Below are positions 13,701 through 25,700 of a stretch of DNA of 64,000 bases, in pieces. The position numbers were made by a program, and so were the translations under genes. Origin of the DNA: Chiloscyllium plagiosum (lineage: Eukaryota); the NCBI RefSeq assembly GCF_004010195.1, contig NC_057749.1, positions 19,677,946 to 19,741,945 of the forward strand, in the 5' to 3' direction. Under the pieces are notes generated by a model. It ran no database searches and was not told where the DNA came from. It saw nothing but the letters and a program-made list of their open reading frames with translations. Positions within the stretch are counted from its first letter, which is position 1, and each line of letters starts with the position of its first letter.

Positions 13701-16700
13701 ATTGCTGACAAGTGTGAAACTTTATTGCTGGAACAGCACAGCAGGTCAGGCAGCATCCAGGGAACAGGAGATTCGACGTTTCGGGCACAGGCCCTTCTGA
13801 AGAAGGGCCTGTGCCCGAAACGTCGAATCTCCTGTTCCCTGGATGCTGCCTGACCTGCTGTGCTGTTCCAGCAATAAAGTTTCAACTTTGATCTCCAGCA
13901 TCTGCAGACCTCACTTTCTCCATTGCTGACAAGGTCAATGTTTGTTCCCATTCCCAATTGCCTTTAACTGAGTGAAGTCAATTAAAAGTCAACCACATGA
14001 CTGTGAGTCTGGAGCCATGTGTAGGCTAGACTGGATAAGGATGGTAAATTCCCTTCTCTGATGATTTTTTGCATCAATCCGCAAACTAGCAATCTGGGCC
14101 TCTGGATTACTGGTCCTGTGTTATGAACATTACACCATTGTCTTCATATCATTGCATAATTAACATGATGGGGTAACACTAATGGACTTCATTTGACTCT
14201 GGGTTTCCTTAAGTAACACTTGTCCTGGATCCTGTGAAATTCCTGTGGGATGGGGACAGCTCTGCAATGCATGGGTGGGGATCTGGCTGCTGCTAGTTCC
14301 AGGAACAGCTGCCAGGACAGAGAACTCACAGTGACATCTTAAATATTTATCAGTGGTGTGGATAACAATTTCCATGCCTGCATCTACTAAATTATTTATA
14401 TCAAATTATTTTAGGTTTTATTTATTTTTTAATTAGCCTCTACTATGTTGCAAAAAGAGAAGGTCCTTTCTTTCCCTATCTTCAGTCCTTTAATGTAAGG
14501 CCTTGCTTTGGGCACAAAATAGGATCTTTAAGATTATGCCAGTATGCACATAATTTAATTGTGAATAACTCTCCTCCTGACTCACCAAAGCCTATCCACC
14601 ATCTACAAGGCAATATTCAAGTGCACATCCACTTCTCTGGATGTGTGCAGCTCCAACAACACTCAAGAAACTTGATACCATTTAGGACAAAGCAGTCCAC
14701 TTGATTGGCACCACATCCACAGACATTTAATCCCTCCAGCATCGACGTACAATAGCAGTGTGTACTGCCTACAAAATGCACAGTAGACATTCACCAAGGC
14801 TCCTTAGGCAGAACCTTGCAAACCCAAAATCACTATCACTTGGAAGGACGAGGACAGGCAGCAGATACAAAACAATACCACCATCTGCTGTTTCCCTCCA
14901 AATCACTCAGCATCTAGACTTGAAATTGCATCGCCAATCCTTCAGTATTGCTGGAACAAATTCCTGGAACACACTTCCTAATGACATTGTGGGTCTACCT
15001 GTAGCACATAGACTATAATGATTCAAGAGGAAGCTCACTACATCTTGTCAAGGGCAAAAAGGGATGGGCAATAAATTAAAAATAATCGAAATATACAACC
15101 AATGATTGTACATGCTTGGGACAGATAATTTGTAGAATGTGATGAATTGGAACGTGATCTTTACCATAATTTCCCGATCTCTATCTCCTACTGTTTCTCA
15201 ATCTCTGCACCTCTCTCTATTTCGTCTATCTCTTTTGACTCTTTTCCCTTCTCTGTTTCTATTTATGTTTCTCTTGTCCTCTCCCTCTTTCTCTACATCT
15301 CCTACCCTCAGCCTCTTCATCTCTCATGCCCACTCCCCTCTCCTTTTCAGTGCCTAGCTAATCACAAAGGATTGTAAGGCCTGGAGGAGTTTAGCAATAT
15401 GGAAGTGCCTTTAAGAACTGTGGAAGCAAGGATGATATGCATTTCTGGACCAGTGTAGGTCAGTAAGAACAGTGAGGAGGTCAAAGACAAAAAGGACTTC
15501 CTGCAAGTGAGGATATTGACAGTAGAGTTTTGAATGAATTGTTGACTAAAGAGATACTAAGTGGGAGGCCAACCTAGAATACATGAGAATAGTTGAATCT
15601 CAGAGGAAGAAAGGTATTAATGAGAATTTCAATAATGGATCAATGGAGGTAGTAGTAGAGGTCAAGGTATGTGGCACTGGGGAAGGACAGGATTTGGAAT
15701 TGCAAACACAGCTGATGGTGATATAGAAACCAAGTTGGAAATGGTTAAGCTTTAGGCAGATGGGAGAAGGATAGAGTTAACTGTCAAGGATTGAAGTTGT
15801 GTTAGGGACTTGTCAATATTATTGCTATTTACCATGGGAATTGCCAATATCAATTGGTGATGGAGTAATTATACTCTCCCACCAACAGAGGCAGCACAAC
15901 AGGAGGATGTAATTATATGGTCACAGATTTTTAAATTAAAATATGGGCAGAACAACATAAAATGGGAATATATTAAAATGTATGGCATTAAAATGTATGA
16001 TCAGTTACATTTGTACAGGTTGATTCAGGTGCTGTGTCTTCTCATCTCCATCTGATGGTTATATCTGAGCTCCTTGCTGAGATATTTGTATCATCGATAG
16101 CCATAGGTGAGATCTTGAAACCTGGAATTTGGCTAACATGGTTTCACTATTTAGGATAGTTGGTAAGGAAAAGCCAGGGAACTATAGATATTGGAGGGAA
16201 TCTTGAAGGACAGGATTTACATGTATTAGGATAAACAAAGGCTTATTCGGGATAGTCAGCATGGCTTTGTTCATTGGAAACTGTGTCTCACTAACTTGAT
16301 TTAGTTTTTTGAAGAAATAACAAAGAGGATTGATGAGGGTAGACTGGTGGACATGATCTATATGGATTTCAGTAAGACTTTCAACAAGGTTCCTCATGAG
16401 AGTCTGGTTAGCAAGGTTGGATCTCATGGAATACAGGGAGAACTAGCCATTTGGATACAGAACTGGCTAAAAGGTAGAAGAAACGTGTATTGAGTTTGCT
16501 TTTCAGACTGAAGGCCTGTGACCAGTGCACAAGGATCGTGCTAGGCCCACTGCTTTTCGTCATTTATATAAATGATTTGGATGGGAGCATAGGTGGTATG
16601 GTTGGTAACTTTACAGATGACACCAAAATTGGAGGTGTATTGGAGAGCGAGGAGTTCCACAGGATCTTGATGGGCTGAGGAGTGGCAGATGAAGTTTAAT

Positions 16701-19700
16701 TTAGATAAATGTGAGCTGCTATATTTTGGAAAGGCAAATCAGGGTAGGAAGTATATAGTTAATGGTGAGGTCCTGGGGAGTGTTGCTGAACAGAGACATT
16801 GGAGTGTAGGTGAAAGTGAGGACTGCAGATGCTGAAGATCAGAGTCGACAGTGTGGTGCTAGAAAAGCACAGCAGGTCAGGCAATATCCGAGGAACAGGA
16901 GAATTGATGTTTCGGACATAAGCCCTTCATCAGGCATGCCTGATGAAGGGCTTATGCCTGAAAAGTCGATTCCCCTGCTCCTCAGATACTGCCTGACCTG
17001 CTGTGCTTTTCCAACACCACATTCTTGACATTGGAATGTAGGTTCATAGTTCCTTGAAAGTGGAGTCGCAGGCAGATAGGATAGCAAAGAAAGCATTTAG
17101 TATGCTTTCCTTTATTGGTCAATGCATTAAGTGTAGGAGTTGGGAAGTCATTTTGCAGCTGTACAGGACATTGGCATACTCACACTTTTGGAACACTGTG
17201 TGCAATTCTGGTCTCGCTGCGATAGGAAGGGTATTGTGAAACTTGAAAGGGTTCAGAAAAGATTTAGAATTGGAGGGTTTGAGCTATAGGGAGAGGATGA
17301 ATAGGCTGGGGCTATTTTCCCTGGAGCATCGCAGGCTGAGAGGTGATCTTATAGATGTTTATAAAATCGTGAGGGGCATAGATAAGGTAAATAAACACAG
17401 TCTTTTCCCTGGGGTGGGGGAGTTCACAACCAGAGGGAATAGGTTTATGTTGAGAGGAGAAAGATTTAAAAGGCACCTAAGGGCAACCTTTTCACACAGA
17501 GGGCGGTGTATGTATGGAATGAGTTTCCAGAGGAAGTGGTACAACATTTAAAAGGCATCTGGATGGGTATATGAATAGGAAGGGTTTAGAGGGATAGGGG
17601 CCAAATGCTGGCAAATGGGACTAGATTAATTTAGGTTATATGGTCGGCATGGATGAGTTGGCCTGAGGGGTCTGTTGCTGTACTTACATCTCTGTCTCTA
17701 TGATTCCATCCTCTCCAGTGGTTAGCACTGCTGCCTCACAGCGCCAGAGACCCAGGTTCAATTCCCGCCTCAGGCGACTGACTCTGTGGAGTTTGCACGT
17801 TCTCCCCGTGTCTGCGTGGGTTTCCTCCGGGTGCTCCGGTTTCCTCCCACGTCCAAAGATGTGCAGGTCAGGTGAATTGGCCATGCTAAATTGCCTGTAG
17901 TGTTAGGTAAGGGGTAAATGTAGGGGTATGGGTGGGTTGCGCTTCGGCGGGTCGGTATGGACTTGTTGGGCCGAAGGGCCTGTTTCCACACTGTAAAGTA
18001 ATCTAATCTAATCTATAATCTAATCCATTATGTATTAGCCAAGCTAATATATCATCAGCAATGCTATAAGTTCTTATCTTCTGACACCTCACCACAACCC
18101 CGTTCCAACTCCAAATACAATCAGTTCTTCTGTAACATGATGGTTGTACTCTTTGCAACCCACTGTTATATGAAAATTGTGCTTTAGAAACATCACTTAA
18201 GGTGTTAGTGCTGTAATCGCGTTACAACCAACATACATTTTAAAACTTTGCACCATAGATACAGTGTCCTCAATTCATCAATCATGTTACAGCAAATTCA
18301 TGTTGACTAAATGCACATTCTAACAGGACGACACGGTGGCTCAGTGGTTAACACTGCTCCATCACAGCGCCAGGGACCTGGGTTCGATTCCAGTCTTGGG
18401 CAACTTTAAGTGGAGTTTGCACCTTCTCCCCGTGGGATTCCTCCCACAGTCCAAAGATGTGCAGGTTATATGAATTGGTCATGATAAATTGCCCATAGTG
18501 TTCAGGGTTAGGTGCATTCATCAGGGGTAAATATAGGATAATAAGATAGGGGAATGGGTCTGGTAGGGTTACTCTTCGGAGAGTCGGTGTGGACTTGTTG
18601 GGCCGTGGACCTGTTTCCACACTGCAGGGAATCTATGCTTCTATGACCTGTACACTACATCTGTTGGTTTCCATTTATTTACTCTGAGTGAAGAACTCAC
18701 TCCTCAGATCGGGCTGAGGCGTGAAATGTGGCCAGAAAGGGAAATGCGACACAAGTCTACAGCACACTGTGAAAAACTATCTGTTAAGCTCCACTCATTA
18801 GCTAATCTACTGTGCAGCTTTTGTGGATCTCTGAAACATCCTGCAGCTTAATGGAGCTCTGTTTATCTACAGACTTGTGTTGGTTGCCAGCCATCAAGTT
18901 ACATTTGGACTTTCATTTAACTTGACAATGAATCTTTTGTTCCACTGGCCCACAGGTGGGCATCAGGGAACCTCAAGTGGTGCAGAGTTTTAAGGTATTG
19001 TTTATTTTGAGTTGCTGCTGCAACCAACAGATCTTGATGTATTCCAGTATTCGTTTCATACAGCAATTAAAGTCAGACCAATCCAAACTCCCCCTTATGC
19101 TTAAGACTGGACAAACCAGCAAAAATAAGAAATAAAAACACAAAAGAAAGTCTTGCTTTTTAGAATGTCCCAAAGCTCCTCACAACCAATGAGATTTATT
19201 CTTTGAAGTGTGGTCACTGAGTTGTCAGAGTTGGGGAGAGTGTTTTTGACCCTTAGCTAGTGAGCAGTTTATACAGCTTGGTATAATGCAATTAATAATG
19301 CCAGTATTTCTCAATAGTGAGTGAAAGTTTTTGTGTTTTTTATTTGATTTGCAGATGATTGCCAGAGGAAAGAATGCTTCAGAACTCTTTCCTGCAGTGG
19401 TGAAGAATGTTGCCTGCAAAAACATTGAGGTAAGTGAAATTTCTCACTCCATTATGAGTGTGAAGGGATTTAGAGAATGAGCCTCCTAAAATCACCAGAG
19501 TGAACTACAGTAGCAGAGTGTTTTTCTCTTTTTTTTATGGAATGTGGGTGGCACTGGGAAGACTAGTATTTGTTGCCCATTCCTCATTGCCCTTTAACTG
19601 AGTAGGAGTCATCTTTTTATTTCCTCTTTTTATATCATCTATCCTTTACTGCTGCTGGATCAAAATCCCAGAACTCCCTCCTTAACGACATTTTATATCG

Positions 19701-22700
19701 ACACTACTTGGACTACAGCAGATCAAGAAAGCTCCTCACCACCTTCTCCAGGGCAATTAGAGATGGTCAATAGCAATGTCCACATCCCATGAACAAAAAC
19801 AAAATTACTGAGTTCACTCCATTTGTTTAAAGTATTCAGCTCTTTCTTCCCCAGGTGCAGTCTCACCAAGGCTTTTTTAAAAAGTTGCAACAAAACTTCT
19901 CTACTCTTGTTTTCAAAACATGTTGCAAGAAAAGCCAATAGACCATTTGTTTTCCTACTTGCTTGCCACACATGCATGTAAACCTTCAGTGACTCTTGAT
20001 GAAGACATCAGTCTCTTTAAACAAAAACATTTCCCAATCTCTCACCATTTCAGAAATACTCGGAATTTTTGTTTCTCTTACCGAAGTGTATAACTCCATA
20101 TTTTCTCCACATTGTATTCCGTATGCTAAATCTTTTCCCATGCTATCAGTCTCTTGTTGAAGCACTTTTGTAATCTTCTCACAACTCACCTTCCTATCCT
20201 TGCTTTTGCGTCAATGGTAAACATGGCAAATATTATATTTGATCACTACATCAAATCTCATTGACCATTTGCAGTAGGCAGCATACCAATAATACTCAAC
20301 CAGCTCTTAATTACAAGGCTCAGAACAGTGTATCCATCAATAGATGTGACCCTGCTATTGGACATAATTTAGTAAATATTTTGGACTGTGCTAAAAATTA
20401 CACCAGAAACCAATCAGGGAACACATATTCCATGAGGTCCAGTTGGCTGACCTTGTTACAAACACTACAGTTACAACTTCAAAAACCCCCTAAAAGGCTT
20501 GTCAGATGTGATTTCCTATTTCTAAATCCATGATGACTCTGTTCAACCACATCATTATTTTCTAAGTTACCAGTTCTTGCATTTCCTTTCATAGATTCTA
20601 GTGTTTTCCCCTCTACCACTAGGGAAAATTCTTCTAGGCCTTGACAGGGTAGATGCAAGAAAGATGTTTCCCTGTCTAGGAATGGGTCTGGAACTAGGGG
20701 GCACAGTCTCAGAATAAAGGGCAGGACAAAGACTGAAATGAGGAATTTATCGATTCAGATGGTTGTGAATATTTGAAGTCTCAGTTATTCAGTAGTTCAA
20801 TTCAGAGATCAGTAGGTTTCCAGATGCTAAAGATATGAAGGAATATGGTGGGAACATGCATAAAGGTAACAATTCAGCCATGATCTGGTTGAATGGCAGA
20901 GCAGGCTTAAGGAGCCAAGTGGTTTCGTAGAATCATAGAATCCCTTCAGTGTGGAAACAGGCCCTTCAGCCCAACAAGTCCACACTGACCCTCTGAAGAG
21001 TAACCCACCCAGACCCATTCCTCCTACCCTATATTTACCCCTGACTAATGCACCTAACCTGCACATTACTGAACACTATGGGCAATTTAGCATGGCCATT
21101 TCATCCAACCTGCACATCTTTGGATTGTGGGAGGAAACGGGAGGAAAACCCACACAGATACGGGGAGAATGCAAACTCCGCACAGACAGTTGCCTGAGGC
21201 TAGAATTGAACCTGAATCCCTGGCGCGGTGAGGCAGCAATGCTAACTACTGAGCTGCCATGCTCTACTACTACTCTACAACTACTCCTATTTCCTATGTT
21301 CTCGCTATGCTATTTCAGAACAAATTTAAAAGTTAGCCATAGCTCAGTGGAGTGGAGTCAAATGCAGACCAGACCAAATAAGAACAGCAGATTTCCTTCT
21401 TTGAAGGGGTATTAGTGAAGAACATTCCTTCTTACTAATTCAGGGAATATGGGCTTTGCTGGCTGGGTCAGCATATATTGTACATTCTTAATATCCTTGT
21501 GAAGGTAGTGGTAACCTGCCTTTTTAAATTGCTGCAGTCCATTTATGTAATTAGATTCCCTACAGTATAGAAACAGGCCATTTGGCCCAACAAGTCCACA
21601 CCGACCCTCCAGTGGATAACCCACTCAGACCCATTCCACTACCCTATATTTATTCCTGACTAATGCACCTAACGCTATGGGCAATTTAGTATGGCCAATT
21701 CACCTAACTTGCACATTTTTGAATTGTGGGAGGAAACCGAATCACGGGGAAAATATGCAGACTCCACGCAGACAGTTGCCCGAGGCGGGAATCAAACCTG
21801 GGTGCCTGGCGCTGTGAGGCAGCAGTGCTAACCACTGTGCTGCCCAAAATGACATCCAAAGTGCTGTTAGGGAGCGAATTCCAGCAACCTGAAGACACAG
21901 CAATATATGTCCAAGTCAGGAAGAGGAAGGTGAAAATACTTAATAGGAGAGCTCTTGGAAAACAGTGACAGGATTAAACAGTCAGAGTGGATTTACAAAG
22001 GGGAAAACTTGCTTGATAAACCAAATAGAATTTTTTTGAAGCTATAATTATTTGATAAGGGATGACAGGTGGGTGTGTTTTATTTGGACTTCCAGAAGGC
22101 TTTTGATAAGATTCCACATAAAAGACCTAGGATATAAAATTAAAGTGCATGAGATCAGGATTAGTGTACTGACCTGGATAGAAAATTGGTTGGCTGACAT
22201 GAAACAAAAAGTGTAGGAATAAAAGAGCCTTTTTCTAAATAGCAGGCAGTGACTAATGGGGTATCAAAAGATGAGTTTAACGCCAGTTATTTACAATATA
22301 TATGAATGTTTTAAATGAGGGAACCAAATGGAAGATCTCCAAGTCTGAAAATGACACAAAGTTGAGTTGAAGGGTGAGCTGCGCGAACAATACAGAACTG
22401 CTTCAGTGTGACTTACACAAGTTGAGTGAGTGGGTAAATGCATGGTAGATGATGTATAATGTGGATAAATGTGAGGTTTTCCACTTTGGTAGCAAAAACA
22501 GGAAGGTGAATGAAAGCAAGCATGCAGGTACAGCAGGCAATGAAGAAAGCTAATAGCATGCTGGCCTTCATAACAAGAGGAATTGAGTATAGAAGCAAAG
22601 AGGTCCTTCTGCAGCTGTCCATTAAAGGATTGGACACTCTGGAGGCAGGAAGCATGTTTCCGCTGATGGGTGAGTCCCGAACCAGAGGACACAGTTTAAA

Positions 22701-25700
22701 AATAAGGGGTAGGCCACTTAGAACAGAGTTGAGGAGAAACTTCTTCACCCAGAGAGTGGTGGGTGTATGGAATGCTCTGCCCCAGAAGGCTGCGGAGGCC
22801 AAGTTTCTGGATACTTTCAAGAAAGAGTTGGATAGAGCTCTTAAGGATTGTGGAATCAAGGGTTATGGGGATAAGGCAGGAACAGATACTGATTCAGAAT
22901 GATCAGCCATGATCATAATGAATGGTGGTGCTGGCTCGAAGGGCAGAATGGCCTCCTCCTGTACCTATTGTCTATTGTGATTATTACCTGAATGTGATAG
23001 ATTGAGAAAGAGTGTGGTGTTGGAATAGATGTCCTTGTACACCAATGCTGAAAGTAGGCATGCAGGAGCAATTGGCAATGAAGAATGCAAACCGTATGTT
23101 GGCCTTCATAGTTTGTACAGGGTCGTGATGAAACAGCACCTGGAGTATCTGTCTAGTTTTGGTCACCTTACCTGAGAAAGGATGTTCTGGCCATGGAGAA
23201 AGTGCAACAAAGGTTTACCAGACTGATTCATGGGATAGCAGGACTGATGTATGAAGAGAGATTGATTGATTAGGACGATATCCTCTGGAATTTGGAAGAA
23301 TGGGGGCATTTTCACAGAAACTTAGAAAATTCTAACAGGACTAGACAGCGTAAATGCAGGAAGGATGTTTCCAATGACCAGAACTAGGGGTCACAGTTTA
23401 GGAATACGGGGGAAGCCATTTAGGACTGAAATGAGGAGAAATGCCTTCACTCTGACAGTGGTCAGCCTGTAGGATTCTTCCTATAAAAGTGGTTGAAGCC
23501 AAACTTTGAAAATCTTCAAGAAGGAGTTAGATATTGTTCTTAGATCAGAAGGAATCATAGAGTATGGGGAGAAAGCTAGAGCAGGACACTTGATTTGGAT
23601 GACTTTCCTTAGTTCATTGAATTTATATTCAATATTAATTCCGAAGATTAACAGCCAACCAGGTGCTTTACCAGGAATAAAACTGGGTGCAGGGTTGAAT
23701 TTAAAACATGTTGGATTTTGTATTTTTCGGTTGTGATTTGAAAACCTTTTGCGATTTCATGGTCAATTCTTTCTCTTCCACCTTAACCCCCACCCCGGCC
23801 TTTGCAGGTAAAGAAGTTGGTTTATGTTTATCTGGTTCGATATGCAGAGGAGCAGCAGGATCTGGCTTTACTTTCCATCAGCACCTTCCAGAGAGGATTA
23901 AAGGTCATTATTGTCAATCTTACAGTGACTTGTTATTGAATGTTACCGAGAAACTATCTCCTTTTCCTGTTGTAGCTGTTTGAAGTTATTTATATTTATT
24001 TACTCAATGCAATAATGGTCCAGGTAAGAGTTATTAGCACAACAGAGCATAGTCACTCTGGAGGAGGATATTGACTCTGGAGTAATCATTGGGTTGTCAA
24101 TATATTACATGGTTTACAGGCAAAGTGGCTTGAACCAATTATCTTCCTTGCCAATGGGGAAATCACATATGTCTCTCTTTGTCTTTTTCTGTAACTTGAA
24201 AAAGAAGCTTCCCTGTTTCAGACGGCCTGTATTTCACTGTGAAGGTGACAGCCATGTGATATTATTGTTAAACTATTAATCCAGAGACTCAGCTAATGTC
24301 TGGGGACCTGGGTTCAAATCCTGCCATGGAAGATAGTGGAATTTGAATTCAATGAAAATATAGAATTAAGAGTCTAATGATGATCATGAATCCATTGTCA
24401 ATTATTGGAAAAACCCATCTGGTTCACTAATGTTCTTTCGGGAAGGATTTTGTCATTCTCAGCTACATGTGATTCCAGACCCACAACAATGTGGTTAACT
24501 CTTAATGGGCAGTTAGGGATGGGTAATAAATGCTGGCCTAGCTAGTGATCCCATCCCATGAATCAATACAAAAAAATTAAAATGTCAGAATCAGTCTCTA
24601 AAATAGAAGAAATGCAGAATTTGAAAGAGAAGTTATGTAAATCTCTGACTATGTCAGGAGTAATTACTTTTCCACTTTGGCACTGAACAGCCTTCAGTAC
24701 TCAACATTGAGTTCAACAACTTTAGAGCACAAATTTTGTCCTCCATTTTGATTACCACCCTTCCCCCATATACATAATTCTGTTCTCAGTACCTATTTTC
24801 TGTTATTAACACCTACTCTTCATCCAAATGTCTTCTCTGTTACAATTAGCACTCTCTTTGCCTTTTGCTGTCAGACACCTTTACCATCTGTTCCACTTGC
24901 TCCACTTACCCCTTTTGTGAAACAAAGAATTCATAACTTTTTCAGCCCTCTTCAGTTTCAAAGAAGGGTCACTTCGGACCCAAGTGTTAATTCTGTTCCT
25001 TTCTCCACAAATGCTGCCAGACTTGCTGAGCATTTTCAGTAGTTACTATTTTTATTTCACAAGTGATTTCTGGGCACCTCACCTCCAGAATGATTTAAGG
25101 GTTTTGGAGCAACTGTACCACAGACTCACTAGAACCATATTAGGAAATAAATTCTGGGCCAGGTTGCTTGGACTAGGCTTGTGTTCCTTTGGATATCGCA
25201 GATAAGATGTGATCTAATTGGGATGTTCAATTTGATTAAAGGGAATTGGTGGAGTAGATAGTGGTCATTGTGTATTGTAATTCACTCAGGGATTGAGTTG
25301 TTGTGGCAAAGAGTACCAGTACACATATGTTGTATCCAGAACTATGGATAGTTATGTTAGAGGCTTCAACTTTCACATGGCTATTAGAAATCTTTCATGT
25401 TCTTACTACCTGCCAGTGGTATGTGTTCAAAGGATTTTCACTTGATAGCCAATCCATTCTGAAGAAGAATGTTTGTTGTCTTTCATTTTCTACAAAGGCT
25501 GCCAGACTTGCCGTGTTTCTCTGACACTTTCTGCTTTTATTGTTTACAATCAACCTATATGGCCATATTGTGAACATCCCTTTCTTGAGAATTTAGTCCT
25601 TCAGTGGGACTTGAAGAAACAGTTGACAGATAGAAACTGTTTCCTCTGTTTGGTGTGAATGGGGAGACGACAACAAGGTGTGTAACCTTAAAATTGCAGC

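Noticed and set aside
13713..13920. Pre-miRNA, CRISPR repeat or DNA-transposon MITE interpretation of the palindromes
   Set aside because: The copies are dispersed, asymmetric (one-sided tail), have variable 11-17 bp TSDs and are homologous to a PLE terminus. There is no repeat-spacer array and no fixed short TSD.
17716..17790. tRNA gene (A/B boxes)
   Set aside because: The tRNA-like heads belong to HE1 SINEs and continue into the SINE body and LINE-derived tail.
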